Source of the DNA: an uncultured Clostridia bacterium
GTDB lineage: Bacteria; Bacillota; Clostridia; Christensenellales; Christensenellaceae
Reading direction: 5' to 3'
NCBI GenBank assembly: GCA_944347775.1
Contig: CALVMT010000071.1
Coordinates: 1,773 to 65,772 of the forward strand
DNA: 64,000 nt
The position numbers and the translations under genes are program-made. Positions 8,987 through 18,697 of this stretch are shown in pieces (position 1 is the first letter of the stretch; each line of letters opens with the position of its first letter). A model generated the notes under the pieces. The model worked only from the letters and a program-made list of their open reading frames with translations, had not been told where the DNA came from and ran no database searches.

Positions 8987-9204
8987 TGGAACAGTTTTTA
9001 CTTGGGCGGCCTGCAGATGAGGCCGCTTGCTTTTTGGAAAAAGCAGGGTTGGTAGTACGAGTGGTTCCTTATGCGGCAAAGAAAGAATTGCCTGAGGCAA
9101 ACGATGCAAGAGTAATGCGTTGTCGTATTGTCGAAAATGAAGCCGAACTGATTGTCTGCCGGTTTCAAACAGATATTTTACAGGAAGAAAGGCAGCAGGA
9201 GTAG
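8986..9204 (+). CDS. hypothetical 72 aa protein filling the frr-uppS gap
   Basis: The ATG overlaps the frr stop (ATGA), and the TAG stop overlaps the uppS GTG by 1 nt. The composition is protein-like (LLGRPADEAACFLEKAGLVVRVV...). I recognise no family. A terminator-like hairpin lies inside it (see findings). Confidence 0.45.
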   Translation: MEQFLLGRPADEAACFLEKAGLVVRVVPYAAKKELPEANDARVMRCRIVENEAELIVCRFQTDILQEERQQE

Positions 9205-9932
9205 TGGATAAAGAAAAATTGATACAATATGGCTTAGAAGAGCAATTACTGCCAAAACATGTTGCTATAATTATGGATGGTAATGGGCGATGGGCCAAAA
9301 AGCGGCTTATGCCGCGCTCTTACGGACATAAAAAAGGAGTGGAACGTGTAAGAGAAATTGTGCGAGCCAGTTCCTTTTTTGGCATACAGGCGATTACTTT
9401 ATATGCCTTTTCGACTGAAAATTGGAAACGTCCCAAAGAAGAAGTAGGTGTATTAATGTCGCTGTTAACGCAGTATTTGCAAAGTGAGGTTAAAGAATTG
9501 CATGATAATGGCGTGCGTTTCCGCATGATTGGGCATAGAGAAGGACTGTCGCCGAGCTTACAGGAATTGATTAAAAATGCAGAGGATAAAACCCGGGAAA
9601 ACACTACACTGAACCTAACGGTGGCAATTAACTATGGCGGGCGAGATGAGCTAGACCATGCAGCCATAGCTTTTGCTAAAGATGTTGTGACAGGACAGTG
9701 CATGCTTGACAGTAAAGAATTTCAAAAGCGTTTATATACTGCTGGTTTACCGGAAGTAGACTACTTGATTCGTACAAGCGGAGAACAGCGTATTAGCAAC
9801 TTTCTTTTATATCAAGCGGCTTATGCCGAACTTTATTTTACGGATATTTACTGGCCAGATTTTGATACTGAACAATACGCAAAAGCACTAAAAGAGTTTG
9901 CTGTGCGTAATAGAAGGTATGGGGGATTGTAA
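9204..9932 (+). CDS. uppS: isoprenyl transferase (undecaprenyl diphosphate synthase)
   Basis: HVAIIMDGNGRWA, LYAFSTENWKRP and IRTSGEQRISNFLLYQ.AY.ELYF motifs. Confidence 0.95.
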   Translation: MDKEKLIQYGLEEQLLPKHVAIIMDGNGRWAKKRLMPRSYGHKKGVERVREIVRASSFFGIQAITLYAFSTENWKRPKEEVGVLMSLLTQYLQSEVKELHDNGVRFRMIGHREGLSPSLQELIKNAEDKTRENTTLNLTVAINYGGRDELDHAAIAFAKDVVTGQCMLDSKEFQKRLYTAGLPEVDYLIRTSGEQRISNFLLYQAAYAELYFTDIYWPDFDTEQYAKALKEFAVRNRRYGGL

Positions 9933-9934
9933 AG

Positions 9935-10735
9935 ATGGGAAAGAGGATTGTATCCGGAGTGATTATTGTTGGGTTATTGATTGTATTGCTTATTTTACAG
10001 GGAATCTATTTAAAAATTGGGGTTATTTTGATTGGCCTGCTTTGTCAAGTTGAAATGTTGCATACCATTAAGCAGAGTGGGACTAAAACAATGGATTTGC
10101 CGATCTATCTTTTTACATTGGCATTATTCCCGGTTTGTTACTATTTTGGTGATTCTGGTATTTTATATGTGTATACTACAACACTTATGATCTTGTTTAT
10201 GATGCGTACATTATGCGGGAAATATGATTATAAAAGCGTGGCATACAGTGTTTTATCAATGTTATATCCGCAATTGTTTATGGTATTTTTTTATAAGATT
10301 GTTTGTATAGAACAGACGAAAATTTCTCTGATCATGATTGTACTGAGCATTGTAGCGGCGTCCTCAAGTGATACTTTTGCATATTTTGTCGGTAAAGCAA
10401 TAGGCAAAAAGAAGCTTTGTCCAGAAATTAGCCCTAATAAAACGGTGGAAGGTGCATTAGGAGGATTGATTGGTGGGACATTACTAACGGGTGTTGCAGC
10501 TTTGCTGTTTAAGCAAACCGTTGTGCCAGTTTATGGTTATTTTATCTTAGGCGCTGTATTAGCTGCTTTTTCCCAATTTGGCGATCTGGCATCTTCGTTA
10601 ACCAAACGCTTTTTTAATGTAAAAGATTTTGGAAAGATTATTCCTGGACATGGAGGAATGCTGGATAGGGTATGCAGTATTATTTTTGTATTACCGGTAA
10701 CGTTTTTGTTTTTTAAATGGTTTTATGGTATTTGA
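9935..10735 (+). CDS. cdsA: phosphatidate cytidylyltransferase
   Basis: Polytopic membrane protein with SDTFAYFVGK..GK.KL.P.ISPNKT.EG and GHGG.LDR motifs. Standard uppS-cdsA order. Confidence 0.9.
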   Translation: MGKRIVSGVIIVGLLIVLLILQGIYLKIGVILIGLLCQVEMLHTIKQSGTKTMDLPIYLFTLALFPVCYYFGDSGILYVYTTTLMILFMMRTLCGKYDYKSVAYSVLSMLYPQLFMVFFYKIVCIEQTKISLIMIVLSIVAASSSDTFAYFVGKAIGKKKLCPEISPNKTVEGALGGLIGGTLLTGVAALLFKQTVVPVYGYFILGAVLAAFSQFGDLASSLTKRFFNVKDFGKIIPGHGGMLDRVCSIIFVLPVTFLFFKWFYGI

Positions 10736-10746
10736 GGAGAATTGTA

Positions 10747-11901
10747 GTGAAACGGAAAAAAGTAGTTATTCTGGGTTCCACCGGTTCAATTGGGATGAAT
10801 ACGTTGAATGTTCTAGAAGAGATGCAACAGCAATATGAAATATATGGACTGGCAGCACAAACAAATTGGCAACGCCTGGCGGCGCAAGCTCAGGTGTATC
10901 GCCCGACTTTGCTTGCGTTAACTGATGAAAAAGCGGCTTATGCTTTGCAGGATAGTGCTCTGTTTTCAGGTGAGGTTTTACAGGGAGAACAAGCTTTGAC
11001 GGATATTTGCGAACAGGCGGATCTTGTCGTTTTGAGTGTAGTTGGGATAGCAGGTCTCAGGCCATTTGTTTATTGCCTGGAACATGGTATTCCCGTTGCA
11101 TTGGCAACAAAGGAAGCAATGGTTTATGGCGGTCAACTGGCGAGAAATCTGATGGATGCCACGGCCACGCCAGTGTTACCTTTGGATAGCGAAATATCGG
11201 CTATTTTCCAATGCCTTCAGGGAAATCATAAAGCACAGGTGGATGAAATTTTATTGACGGCATCAGGAGGCCCATTTCGCACATGGCCAATTGATAAAAT
11301 AAAAAATGCAACATTGGCACAGGCGCTCAGACATCCAAATTGGAGTATGGGAGAAAAAATTACGATTGACAGCGCTTCTATGGCAAATAAGGGCTTGGAA
11401 ATTATTGAAACGCGGTGGATGTTTGATTTTGATCCTAAGAAAATTACTGTTGTTGTCCATCCTGAAAGTATTGTGCATTCTGCTGTGCGTTATGCAGATG
11501 GTTGTGTTATGGCACAGCTTGGGGCAACAGATATGAAATTACCAATTGCATATGCATTACAATATCCGAATCGTAAGCCTAATTGTGGAAAAGAACTGGA
11601 TTTATTTCAGGTTGGCACATTACATTTTGAACGGCCTGATTATGAAAAATTTCCGTGTTTGGCGTTAGCAAGGGATGCAGCTGTGCAGGGTTCGGCTATG
11701 CAGATGGTTTTTAATGCTGCGAACGATGCGGCGGTTGAGATGTTTCGAGCGGAAGCAATTGGGTTTTGGCAAATCAGTGAAATTATTGCGCAGGCTTTGG
11801 AAAGTTTTTCTGCAACAAAACTTAATTCTTTTGAGGATATTTATGCTGCAGATAAGCAGATTCGTACTTTTGTGCAACAAATCGTAAAAAAATTTATATA
11901 A
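10747..11901 (+). CDS. dxr: 1-deoxy-D-xylulose 5-phosphate reductoisomerase
   Basis: KKVVILGSTGSIG, LPLDSE, HPNWSMG.KITIDSA.M.NKGLE.IE motifs. GTG at 10747 is 8 nt after GAGGAG. The track start at 10717 overlaps cdsA. Confidence 0.95.
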   Translation: MKRKKVVILGSTGSIGMNTLNVLEEMQQQYEIYGLAAQTNWQRLAAQAQVYRPTLLALTDEKAAYALQDSALFSGEVLQGEQALTDICEQADLVVLSVVGIAGLRPFVYCLEHGIPVALATKEAMVYGGQLARNLMDATATPVLPLDSEISAIFQCLQGNHKAQVDEILLTASGGPFRTWPIDKIKNATLAQALRHPNWSMGEKITIDSASMANKGLEIIETRWMFDFDPKKITVVVHPESIVHSAVRYADGCVMAQLGATDMKLPIAYALQYPNRKPNCGKELDLFQVGTLHFERPDYEKFPCLALARDAAVQGSAMQMVFNAANDAAVEMFRAEAIGFWQISEIIAQALESFSATKLNSFEDIYAADKQIRTFVQQIVKKFI

Positions 11902-12022
11902 GCGAATTGTAATTATTTTAGAAAAACGGTAAAATTTTCATGAAAGTTATTCTCCGGTGAAATACAACATGTAAATTAAGCGTATAATAGATTTGATCGT
12001 GAAAAAAGATCGGAGGAAGATT

Positions 12023-13063
12023 TTGGAAATACTAGATACAATTTTAACCATTATATCCGGATTATTGATGTTAACCTTATTGGTCCTTGTGCACGAGGGG
12101 GGGCATTTTTATGTAGGAAAATCTTGTGGCATCCGGATTGATGAATTTTCTGTAGGATTTGGCCCGAAGATTTGGAGCAAGAAAAAACAAGATATTTGTT
12201 ATTCGGTCAGAGCATTACCTTTGGGAGGTTTTGTCCAGTTTTATGGAGAAGAGGAAGAGGTAGATGCTACATATGAGCCACGGGCTTTTAACAATCGGCC
12301 AATTTGGCAACGAGCCTTGACGATTGCGGCAGGGCCGGTAATGAATATACTGTTTGCTTTGATTCTGACTGTGGCAGTATTAGTTGGTTATGGTGATTAT
12401 GTTCCTCAAGTTGTTTCAGTAGATGAAAGTATGCCGGCTTATGCAGCAGGATTGCAGGCAGGTGACCGTATTGTGATGTTGAACGGTAAAAAAATTGATT
12501 TTAGCATGGAGTTTGATGCTTCACAGATCAGTAAAAATCAACATATCAGTATTGGTATAGAGCGCGAAGATGGCTATCATGAATTTGAAATAGATACGGT
12601 AATCAATGAACAGACCGGAAAATATATGATTGGCATGAATTATACAGAAGCAGTCCGCCAAAAGTTTGGGTTTTTTGAGGCAATTGGTCTGAGCGTAAAA
12701 TGGCTTTGGCTGATTATTAAAGAAATGTTTTCGGCTCTTGGCGCTGCTTTATTTGCGGGCAAAGGTATTAGTGAACTATCAGGACCGGTTGGGACGATTG
12801 CTATAGTAGGAGAATCAGTGAGATATGGTTTTGAAACTATTCTTCGTATTGCGGCTTTACTTTCCATTAATCTTGGTATTATGAACATATTGCCTTTTCC
12901 TGCGTTGGATGGTGGAAGGCTTCTGTTTTTAGGTATTGAAAAACTTCGTGGTAAACCAATTGACAGAAAAGTAGAAAGTTATATTAACTTAGGCGGCTTG
13001 GCATTGTTGTTTGTTTTAATGATTGTATTAACCTATCAAGATATTGCCCGGCTGATTTCTTAA
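12023..13063 (+). CDS. rseP: RIP metalloprotease RseP (site-2 protease, PDZ-containing)
   Basis: HEGGHF (HExxH) in TM1, a central PDZ-like segment (AGLQAGDRIVMLNGKKI), and NILPFPALDGG. TTG at 12023 is 6 nt after GGAGG. The start is uncertain, and the track uses 11993. Confidence 0.9.
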   Translation: MEILDTILTIISGLLMLTLLVLVHEGGHFYVGKSCGIRIDEFSVGFGPKIWSKKKQDICYSVRALPLGGFVQFYGEEEEVDATYEPRAFNNRPIWQRALTIAAGPVMNILFALILTVAVLVGYGDYVPQVVSVDESMPAYAAGLQAGDRIVMLNGKKIDFSMEFDASQISKNQHISIGIEREDGYHEFEIDTVINEQTGKYMIGMNYTEAVRQKFGFFEAIGLSVKWLWLIIKEMFSALGAALFAGKGISELSGPVGTIAIVGESVRYGFETILRIAALLSINLGIMNILPFPALDGGRLLFLGIEKLRGKPIDRKVESYINLGGLALLFVLMIVLTYQDIARLIS

Positions 13064-13077
13064 AAAGAGAGAAAAAA

Positions 13078-14112
13078 ATGAAGAAGGAAATAAGAATAGG
13101 TAACCTTAGTATTGGTGGACAGCAGCCGATACGAATACAGTCAATGACAAATACGGATACGGCCGATGTCGAAGCAACCGTGGCGCAGATACAGGCGTTG
13201 CAAGCGGCAGGATGCGAGATTGTGCGTGTTGCAGCTTATGATATAGCCAGTGCAAAATGTATTCGCCAGATTAGGGAAAAGTGTAAGATCCCAATTGTGG
13301 CGGATGTGCATTTTGATTATCAAATTGCGATTGCAGCAATTGAAGCAGGAGCAGATAAAGTTCGTATTAATCCGGGAAATATAGGAAGCGCGGATCGGAT
13401 AAAAATGGTTGCCGATGCAGCAAAAAGCAGTGGCATTCCTATTCGTGTCGGTGCAAATACGGGATCGTTAGATAAGAAATATTGGGGAACTGAGAAAAGC
13501 GAAGCTTTGGTTCAAAGTGCGCTGGAAAATGTTAGATGCTTGGAAAAGGCGGGTTTTACTGATATTGTTATTGCGCTAAAGGCATCTGATGTTGCGGCCA
13601 GTGTAAAAGCATACAGGAAAATGCACGCTTTGGTAGATTATCCGTTGCATCTGGGAATTACGGAAGCAGGAGCATATGACAGTTCAATTGTGAAATCGGC
13701 AATGGGAATAGGTGCCTTGCTACTGGATGGCATTGGAGATACATTGCGTGTTTCGATTACCGGAGATCCGCTGCAAGAAATTCGTGCTGCAAAAGAAATA
13801 TTGCAATGTGCAGGGCGGCGTACTTTTTCCCCGGACATTGTTGCTTGTCCTACTTGTGCACGCACACATATTCAATTGGAAAAACTTTATCATCAAGTTA
13901 AAGAAATAGTAGAGGATATCCCATATTATTTAAAAATTGCTGTGATGGGCTGTATCGTCAATGGTCCGGGTGAAGCAAGAGACGCAGATATTGGTATAGC
14001 GGGCGGAGAGGGGATTGGAATAATTTTTAAAAAAGGAAAACCAATTGCTAAAGTTCCGGAAGAACAATTGCTGGAAGTTTTTCGGAAGGAATTACAACAA
14101 ATGCTGAAATAG
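13078..14112 (+). CDS. ispG: 4-hydroxy-3-methylbut-2-en-1-yl diphosphate synthase
   Basis: IRIQSMTNT, VR.A, INPGNIG, CPTCAR and GC.VNGPGEA motifs. Confidence 0.95.
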   Translation: MKKEIRIGNLSIGGQQPIRIQSMTNTDTADVEATVAQIQALQAAGCEIVRVAAYDIASAKCIRQIREKCKIPIVADVHFDYQIAIAAIEAGADKVRINPGNIGSADRIKMVADAAKSSGIPIRVGANTGSLDKKYWGTEKSEALVQSALENVRCLEKAGFTDIVIALKASDVAASVKAYRKMHALVDYPLHLGITEAGAYDSSIVKSAMGIGALLLDGIGDTLRVSITGDPLQEIRAAKEILQCAGRRTFSPDIVACPTCARTHIQLEKLYHQVKEIVEDIPYYLKIAVMGCIVNGPGEARDADIGIAGGEGIGIIFKKGKPIAKVPEEQLLEVFRKELQQMLK

Positions 14113-14164
14113 AAGAATTTTTGTCAATATGAAGTGTAAAAAAGTACAGAAATAGAGGGAAAAC

Positions 14165-17100
14165 GTGGACAAGATAATTGAATATCGGCAAAATGGATTG
14201 CCGGCACTAAGTTTTGATGCTGTTCAGGTGCGCCAAGATCTCTATGATTATTTGGAAAGAGAAAATAAAACAGCACATATTACGTTGGAAAAAATGGCAT
14301 ATAGCCGCAGCCGCGGTATTTATATGCTTTTTTTGCATGCGGATCGTTTATTGAGTATAGAACAACAAGAGCGATTAAAAAAACGAATGGTGGATCAGGT
14401 GCCGCAACTAAGGTCATTTCAAATTGTGATTCGTCAGCCGGCCAATAAATTGCTCCAAGATCCTGCAATGCTAGAAAAAACAGTACAGGCATTTATTGTT
14501 GCCATAGAGCCGTCGATGATTCCGTTTATAAGGGCGTCGCATGTTGTTTTGGATGGGAAAAATCTGACAATTACTTTTGCTCGTGAAATTGCGCCAGGCT
14601 ATGCCCAACATTTGGGGTTGGCAAAGCATATTGAATATTTTCTAGCCGACTCTTATGGTATAGAGGTTTATGTGAAGCAATTTGGTGTAAATGCAGAGAT
14701 TAAGCAGGCGGAGGAAATAACAGAGGAGATTTCTACGGTTTTTGACAATCAAATGCAATCAATACCTGGTTTATATTATAAAGGGAAAACAGAGGTACAG
14801 AAAACAACGCTTGAAGAGATAGGGCACACAACGCAAAGAAAGATAAAAAAAACCGAAGAACAACCACGAAAGAAACGAAATTATGGCAAAGAAGCGATGA
14901 ACGGTGAAGTAAATAAAATGATTGATCTTATCCCGGATGAAACGACGCTGATTGCAGGAGAGGTAATTTCGACAGAAGAAAAAGTGACCAAAGATGGGAA
15001 AAATACAATTTTTACGATGGCAGTAACAGATTATACATCTACGGTACGTTGTCGAAAGTTTTATAGGAAAGCAGGAGAAAATTTTGAACCTCCGGCAAAG
15101 AAAGGCGATTTTGTTAAAATAAGTGGCCTCTATACTTATAATAGCTATGCGCGAGAATATATGCTTAATTTTAATCAGGTAATGCAGATGCCCAAACCAC
15201 AGGAAAAACAGGATCTTGCTCCTAAAAAACGCGTAGAATTACATCTGCATACAAATATGAGCGCGCAGGATGGTATGACAAGTGCTGAAGAATATATTGC
15301 ACAAGCGGCGAAATGGGGGCATAAGGCGGTTGCGATTACCGATCATGGTGTAGTGCAGGCATTTCCTTTTGCTGCAAATGCGGCCAAAGAAGAAAAGATA
15401 AAAGTAATTTTTGGTGTAGAAGCTTATATGGTAGATACACCACGTAAAATTTATGAAGGTAGCGATCATTCATTTGCGGACGAATTTGTAGTCTTTGATA
15501 TTGAAACGACAGGACTTTCAAAAGAATTTTGCGAAATAATAGAAATTGGCGCCGTACGTGTAAAAGAAGGAAAAGTGCTGGGACGTTTTCAGGCATTTGC
15601 AAAGCCGGAGAAACCGATATCTTATGAAATTACTCAACTTACGGGAATTACGAACGCTATGGTGGAGGATGCACCTCCGATAGAGGAGGCTGTGCGCAGT
15701 TTTTGGGCTTTTGCTGGAGATAGCTGCCTAGTTGCGCATAATGCAGCGTTTGATACTGGATTTGTTTTTAAAAAATCTGAAGAGATGGGTATTCAAGTAA
15801 AAAGCGATGTTTTTGATACGTTGCTGTTGGCACGCGTACATTTTCCGGATATGCGTTCAAGAAGTCTTGATAAACTTGCTGCCCGCTATAAAATTCCGTT
15901 GCAGCATCATCGTGCAGTAAATGATGCAGAGGCAACGGCACAGGTAATGTATGCCATGTTTGCAGAAATTGAGCAAAAAGGATATACCAAACTTTCAGAA
16001 TTAAACTATTTGGCAGATACCGAAGCTTTAGTTAAAAGCGCGCCTAAAGCAAATCACTTTATTATATTATGTAAAAATAAACAAGGCTTGGTTAATTTAT
16101 ATAAATTAATTTCTATTAGCCATCTAAAATATTTTAAAGGAAGGCCTCGTTTACCTAAAAGTGAATTGATTCGTCATCGCGAGGGGCTTATTTTTGGTTC
16201 CGCTTGTGAACAAGGAGAATTATATCAAGCAATTTTGCGAGGTGAGTCACAACAAAAGTTGGAAGAAATTGCCGGGTTTTATGATTATCTGGAAATACAG
16301 CCCAACGGTAACAACGCATTTATGATTAGAAATGGTACGGTTACCGATGAAAAGGCATTGTCTGAAATTAATCGTAAAATTTATCTTCTGGGTAAAAAAT
16401 TGGGAAAACGAGTGGTAGCGACGGGAGACGTCCATTTTCTTAAACCTCGTGATGAATATTATCGGCGCATTGTTATGGAAACTTCGGGTTTTAAAGATGC
16501 TGATAATCAGGCGCCATTATATTTTAAAACAACAGAGGAGATGCTTAAAGAGTTTTCCTATTTAGGAAAAGTAGAGGCGATGGAAGTTGTTGTAGATGCA
16601 CCGAATGCTATTGCCGATGAAATTGAACAAATTGATTTATTTCCGGGAGAAACGGCTATGCCGTTTATTGAAAACGATGCGCAAGAAATACGTGAAGCGG
16701 CGATGACCAAGATGCATGCTTTATATGGGAATCCATTGCCTGAACATATTGAAAAAAGATTGATGAAAGAAATGAACTCTATTATCAATAATGGCTTTGC
16801 TGTTTTATATTGGGCTGCAATGAAATTGGTTACAAAATCGATGAGCGATGGTTATTTGGTTGGCTCGCGTGGTTCCGTAGGTTCCTCACTTGCGGCTTTT
16901 GCAATGGATATTACGGAGGTTAATCCTTTGGCACCGCATTATCGTTGCCCTAAATGTAGACATTCTGATTTTAATGTGGATAAAAAATATGCCTGTGGAC
17001 CGGATATGCCATCTGCTACTTGCCCTATTTGCGGAGAAACGTATATTGCAGACGGCTATGATATTCCATTTGAGGTTTTTCTTGGATTGAATGCGGAAAA

Positions 17101-18562
17101 AGTTCCGGATATTGATTTGAATTTTTCTGGCGAGTACCGAACACGGGCAAATAAATACGTGGAAGAGCTATTTGGAGCGGAGTATGTTTTTCGCGCAGGT
17201 ACGATTAGTGCGATTAAAGATAATATTGCAAAAGGCCTTGTGCGTAAGTATATGAGTATCCACGAAAGAACGGCCTCAGAAGCAGAGATAGAACGTCTGG
17301 CTATGGGAATTAGCGGCGTAAAAAAAACAACGGGGCAGCATCCGGGGGGATTGGTTATTGTTCCACGTAATCGTGAAATTTACGAATTTACGCCAATTCA
17401 AAGGCCGGCTGATAAAGAAGGAGCAGATACCGTAACAACGCATTTTGATTTTAACTCCATGCATGATATTTTAATCAAATTGGATATTCTTGGGCATGAT
17501 AATCCGACGATTATCCGCATTTTACAAGATATGACTGGGCTTGATCCGCTTTCGATTAATGTAGCGGATCCGCAAGTACTATCGTTGTTTACTTCTACAA
17601 AAGCTCTTCATGTTACGCCTGAACAAATAAACGGAGTAGAACTTGGCGTTTTAGGTATACCGGAGTTTGGAACGCATACAACAATGCGTGTTTTAAAACA
17701 GACTAAACCTAAAACTGTAGCAGAGCTGATTCGCATATCCGGTTTAACTCATGGTACAGATGTCTGGGGCGGCAATGCAGAGGAACTTATTCTCTCGGGA
17801 ACGACTACCCTGAGTGGCGCAATCTGTACAAGAGATGATATTATGCTGAATTTAGTAGATTATGGTGTAGATCATCAACTTGCCTTCTTCATTATGGAAA
17901 GTGTAAGAAAGGGAAAATGGGCAAAAGGTAAGGAAAAGAAACAAGAAGAGCAGGAAGAGGCTATGAGAGCGGCAAATGTGCCCGAATGGTTTATTGAATC
18001 TTGCCGAAAAATACAATATATGTTTCCTAAGGCGCATGCTGTGGCTTATGTACTTATGGCGCTGAGAATTGCATATTTTAAAGTTTACTATCCTAAAGAG
18101 TTTTATGCAGCAACTTTTACGATTAAAGCAGCACAATTTGATGCAAAAACCATTATGCAGGGCGTTCCGGCGATAGAAGCTGAAATGCATAGAATTGAGA
18201 TGTTGGGAAGACAGGCGAGCAAAACAGAAAAAGATACGGGTGTTGTTTTGGAAATTGCATTGGAAATGTTGCAAAGAGGAATAAAGATTTTGCCGCCGGA
18301 CTTATATAAAAGCAGAGCAAAGCGCTTTACTGTCGAAGGAGAATATATTCGTATGCCCTTTGTTGTTTTGCCGAATCTTGGGGAAAAAGCTGCAGATTTG
18401 CTGGAAGAAAAACGTAATATGATGGAATTTTGTTCAATTGAACAAATAAAAAAAGAATGTAAAATTTCTCAAAGTGTTATTGATTACATGCGTGAAATTG
18501 GTTGCCTTGGAGAATTGTCGGAAAAGGCGCAATTGAGTATTTTTGATGCATTAAAAATATAA
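14165..18562 (+). CDS. polC: DNA polymerase III, PolC-type (1465 aa)
   Basis: PHP domain (VELHLHTNMSAQDG), inserted DEDDh exonuclease (FVVFDIETTGL ... HRAVNDA), Zn-finger CPKC....CPICG and pol III alpha core. GTG start after GAGGGA. Confidence 0.97.
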   Translation: MDKIIEYRQNGLPALSFDAVQVRQDLYDYLERENKTAHITLEKMAYSRSRGIYMLFLHADRLLSIEQQERLKKRMVDQVPQLRSFQIVIRQPANKLLQDPAMLEKTVQAFIVAIEPSMIPFIRASHVVLDGKNLTITFAREIAPGYAQHLGLAKHIEYFLADSYGIEVYVKQFGVNAEIKQAEEITEEISTVFDNQMQSIPGLYYKGKTEVQKTTLEEIGHTTQRKIKKTEEQPRKKRNYGKEAMNGEVNKMIDLIPDETTLIAGEVISTEEKVTKDGKNTIFTMAVTDYTSTVRCRKFYRKAGENFEPPAKKGDFVKISGLYTYNSYAREYMLNFNQVMQMPKPQEKQDLAPKKRVELHLHTNMSAQDGMTSAEEYIAQAAKWGHKAVAITDHGVVQAFPFAANAAKEEKIKVIFGVEAYMVDTPRKIYEGSDHSFADEFVVFDIETTGLSKEFCEIIEIGAVRVKEGKVLGRFQAFAKPEKPISYEITQLTGITNAMVEDAPPIEEAVRSFWAFAGDSCLVAHNAAFDTGFVFKKSEEMGIQVKSDVFDTLLLARVHFPDMRSRSLDKLAARYKIPLQHHRAVNDAEATAQVMYAMFAEIEQKGYTKLSELNYLADTEALVKSAPKANHFIILCKNKQGLVNLYKLISISHLKYFKGRPRLPKSELIRHREGLIFGSACEQGELYQAILRGESQQKLEEIAGFYDYLEIQPNGNNAFMIRNGTVTDEKALSEINRKIYLLGKKLGKRVVATGDVHFLKPRDEYYRRIVMETSGFKDADNQAPLYFKTTEEMLKEFSYLGKVEAMEVVVDAPNAIADEIEQIDLFPGETAMPFIENDAQEIREAAMTKMHALYGNPLPEHIEKRLMKEMNSIINNGFAVLYWAAMKLVTKSMSDGYLVGSRGSVGSSLAAFAMDITEVNPLAPHYRCPKCRHSDFNVDKKYACGPDMPSATCPICGETYIADGYDIPFEVFLGLNAEKVPDIDLNFSGEYRTRANKYVEELFGAEYVFRAGTISAIKDNIAKGLVRKYMSIHERTASEAEIERLAMGISGVKKTTGQHPGGLVIVPRNREIYEFTPIQRPADKEGADTVTTHFDFNSMHDILIKLDILGHDNPTIIRILQDMTGLDPLSINVADPQVLSLFTSTKALHVTPEQINGVELGVLGIPEFGTHTTMRVLKQTKPKTVAELIRISGLTHGTDVWGGNAEELILSGTTTLSGAICTRDDIMLNLVDYGVDHQLAFFIMESVRKGKWAKGKEKKQEEQEEAMRAANVPEWFIESCRKIQYMFPKAHAVAYVLMALRIAYFKVYYPKEFYAATFTIKAAQFDAKTIMQGVPAIEAEMHRIEMLGRQASKTEKDTGVVLEIALEMLQRGIKILPPDLYKSRAKRFTVEGEYIRMPFVVLPNLGEKAADLLEEKRNMMEFCSIEQIKKECKISQSVIDYMREIGCLGELSEKAQLSIFDALKI

Positions 18563-18588
18563 AGAGATATAGAAGCAATGGTGTTTTA

Positions 18589-18617
18589 TTGACTATTCAT
18601 AGCGCAGGACTTATAAT
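18589..18617 (+). promoter_or_regulatory. sigma-A type promoter for the SecD/SecF-like pair
   Basis: TTGACT (18589-18594), 17 nt spacer, TATAAT (18612-18617). Confidence 0.55.
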
Positions 18618-18697
18618 AAATAAGTCGATTTATTTGAGTACCGGATAAATCATCCGCTTAACTGGCGGCGGACGCATAGAAAACCGGAGGAATTTTT

